Of a DNA stretch of 64,000 nt, positions 61,381-64,000 are shown one piece after another. Below the pieces are notes generated by a model, which was not told where the DNA came from, ran no database searches, and was given only the letters and a program-made list of their open reading frames with translations. The position numbers and the translations under genes are program-made. The stretch is taken from contig OZ249438.1 of assembly GCA_965235115.1 (NCBI GenBank), positions 41,788,001-41,852,000 on the forward strand, read 5' to 3'. How positions within the stretch are numbered: the stretch's first letter is position 1; the number at the start of each line of letters is the position of its first letter. The stretch comes from Laetmonice hystrix (lineage: Eukaryota).

Positions 61381-61515
61381 CGGGGTGGGGTGGGGGGGGG
61401 GGGCACAGCCGTGTGGGTGGATGGGCAAGGGTCAGCTGAACTCAACTTTCAGTATGGGGAGAACCTGCTTTTGAAAGATTTTGGGTGGCCCCTGTACCCC
61501 CTAAATCCGCCACTG
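61381..61515. mobile_element. Small MITE-like element ending CCCCCTAAATCCGCCACTG
   Basis: G-rich degenerate left end; right end similar to the 4560-4682 and 16862-17115 elements; sits in a TATAT/ATATA context. Confidence 0.4.
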
Positions 61516-61610
61516 ATATATCTTGCATGTCTGTAAGCCTAAGGGAAGAGGTAAGTTGGTAACTGTGGCAACCTTACAAACAAATAACTAACCAGCGTCC
61601 TTCTCAGTGG

Positions 61611-62255
61611 AGCACTTCCGGTTGGAGTTGGCATTGTGATAGGTCAGTGAAGGTCATTGACAGGTGTACCACTTCCGGTTGGAGGTGACATTGTGATAGG
61701 TCATTGACAGGTGTACCACTTCCGGTTGGAGTTGGTATTGTGATAGGTCAGAGAAGGTCATTGACAGGTGTACCACTTCCGGTTGTAGTTGGTATTGTGA
61801 TAGGTCGGCGAAGGTCATTGACAGGTGTACCACTTCCGGTTGGAGTTGGCATTGTGATAGGTCAGTGAAGGTCATTGACAGGTGTACCACTTCCGGTTGG
61901 AGTTGGTATTGTGATAGGTCATTGACAGGTGTACCACTTCCGGTTGGAGTTGACATTGTGATAGGTCGGCGAAGGTCATTGACAGGTGTACCACTTCCGG
62001 TTGGAGTTGGTATTGTGATAGGTCATTGACAGGTGTACCACTTCCGGTTGGAGTCGGCATTGTGATAGGTCAGTGAAGGTCATTGACAGGTGTACCACTT
62101 CCGGTTGGAGTCGGCATTGTGATAGGTCAGTGAAGGTCATTGACAGGTGTACCACTTCCGGTTGGAGTTGACATTGTGATAGGTCATTGACAGCTGTACC
62201 ACTTCCGGTTGGAGTTGACATTGTTATAGGTCAGTGACGGTGAAAGGTGTACCAC
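61611..62255. repeat. 57/47-bp tandem array, 12 copies, each with ACTTCCGGT
   Basis: Unit CATTGACAGGTGTACCACTTCCGGTTGGAGTTGGCATTGTGATAGGT(CAGTGAAGGT). Confidence 0.97.
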
Positions 62256-64000
62256 ATCTGTGATTTACGGCTCGAAGGGAATTTAACGCGCGATGGAATT
62301 TTCAGTTAATCAGCCAGCTTCTACAACTATATCAGTTCGAGTAACCATCTAATTATGCATGGATACTGAAATCCACGAGGCAAGATCTCGAGGATGTGTA
62401 TAAAACTGGTACTTTAATCAGAGTACAGCGACTTATCGGCTTCAGCCCATATGGTGGGTTTGTCAATCGCATGTCCAGGAGGAGGCCGAATAATCTCAGA
62501 ACGCTGAGGCGAGGTTAACCTCTCCTATCAGAGTTTTTGAGGACATATATGCAAAACAGATGTTCTGCTGCATGCAAAAAGACAACTTGGGGAAATCGCA
62601 GGAAATTACTGCGCGGCTCTGTATAGAGGTTTTAGGGACGACCTATTGGATGGCTATTGGGAATGTGCCTTCCAATTTTGCGGGGCACTGACTGACGATA
62701 AGCGACTTTTGGCCGTCGCCAATGGCAGCAGCGTCCCATCTGACTGACTCGAGATCTTTGAGCGCGCCTAGCAACAACGTTACACTGGCCCCAATCACGG
62801 TGACGCCTTGCCACTCAATCACCACCATATTACCGTATCTAGGGTGTCCAGAAATGGGTCGATCCGGCACGCGCCAGTCGAATACACTTACAGGATGGTT
62901 CATGGCTTACATACAGTAACCGATGAAGGCGCCATGAGTGGACAAGGTGACTGGTCGACTTCATCCAACCCCTGATCCATCAACCCTGATTGCTCTATTG
63001 CTCTAGGCCTGACGCGGATGAAGCAATTCAAGGGTCAAGATTTTTAATATATTTTTCAAATAAGAAGGGGGTGACTGCTGCCGCCAGGTTTAGGCCCCCC
63101 AAAAATTTCCGGGTTTCTGGTACGCGCGCGCGTCACTTCAGATGCCGCGCATCAGTGCTTTTTTCGTTGCCCTCACCTTGGATGACTGTGTGAATTGTGC
63201 AGCCACCTAACGGTAAGGCTTGAAACTAACCATTGTTGTAATGGATATTTCATTAACACTGCAACGGAAGTGTGTTGTAGTCAAAGCTGTCACCAAAAAA
63301 AATCTTTAAAAAAATAAATCCACGTCACCGCACTACTTTTGAAATGTTCTTCGTACCAGAAACGGGGAATATATTTTTTTTTTGGGGGGGGGGGGGCTTA
63401 TGTGTATATTCAGGGAAAAACAAAATACATTTATGTGGACCCAATGCTTTAGCCGCCATTCGGACCACAGATCGACCCACTGGCAGTAATGTCTACATGT
63501 GTACATGGTTGCAGTCATTGATGAGCAAATTCGAGGTTGACCTTCAAAATCAATTGATACATAGCTTTATTTTTGGGTCTTGTTTCTCACAATGAACTAT
63601 GCGTTAACACTGACTTAAACATAAGAAAATTTCGTGGGCAGAACAGAAATTTCACGTTAATCAAGACACAATTTCAACCTTCCTCTCTGTCCAGTTCAAA
63701 CCAAGGTTCCCTCAACAGTCAGGCCTGGTTGTGTCATATTACTGTCAATAGGTAAAACTGTTGAATAGAATTGACCGGCGTACAGAGTCACTGGCATGAC
63801 ATGCGACAAACAAAAAGTCCACACAATACAACATGGGTGCTATTTATAGGATCTATAGTTAGTCATAGACCACAGCAGAACTATTTTGGCAAGTCGTACG
63901 TATACTGTCGCCTCTTTTTCCTCGTTACCTAAGAGTAATTCAATCAATAGATCACCTTATGTTTATTCGTAACTTGGTAATTCTTTGAACCAAGTTCCCA

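Noticed and set aside
5270-62255. CRISPR-like or guide-RNA arrays
   Set aside because: No array has constant repeats separated by unique spacers. Variation is limited to recurring substitutions or a few linker variants, and no nuclease gene is present.

Overview
This is repeat-rich metazoan genomic DNA, probably a marine invertebrate such as a mollusc (inference from the gene and repeat style, not proven). It comes from a gapped scaffold with four N-runs: 31661-31805, 32186-32333, 40508-40738 and 50098-50335. One protein-coding gene is well supported: a TMEM151-family gene on the + strand. I reconstruct it as a short ATG exon (43342-43374, MRLDLDPNTEE, GAG|GTGAGT donor), a 9.5-kb intron, and one ~3-kb exon (52918-55902), giving ~1005 aa with a long low-complexity C-terminal extension. 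The ORF track's TTG start at 52903 lies inside the splice acceptor. About 24 mutually unrelated tandem arrays (18-80 bp units) cover roughly 17-18 kb by hand count, and nearly all long repetitive ORFs in the track are artefacts of them. The most notable non-coding structure is a ~5.4-kb foldback-like element (4113-9516). It has ~79-bp terminal inverted repeats and two oppositely oriented arrays of the same 50-bp unit. These flank a ~400-bp loop with a broken PHD-finger remnant. Also present are several MITE-like elements, a perfect 20-bp-stem hairpin, promoter-like motif clusters (~1.1 kb, ~37.2 kb, ~42.8 kb) and an orphan candidate first exon at 1.24 kb. I found no CRISPR array, tRNA, rRNA or intact transposase/RT. 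All analysis was by eye; coordinates of repeat ends are approximate.
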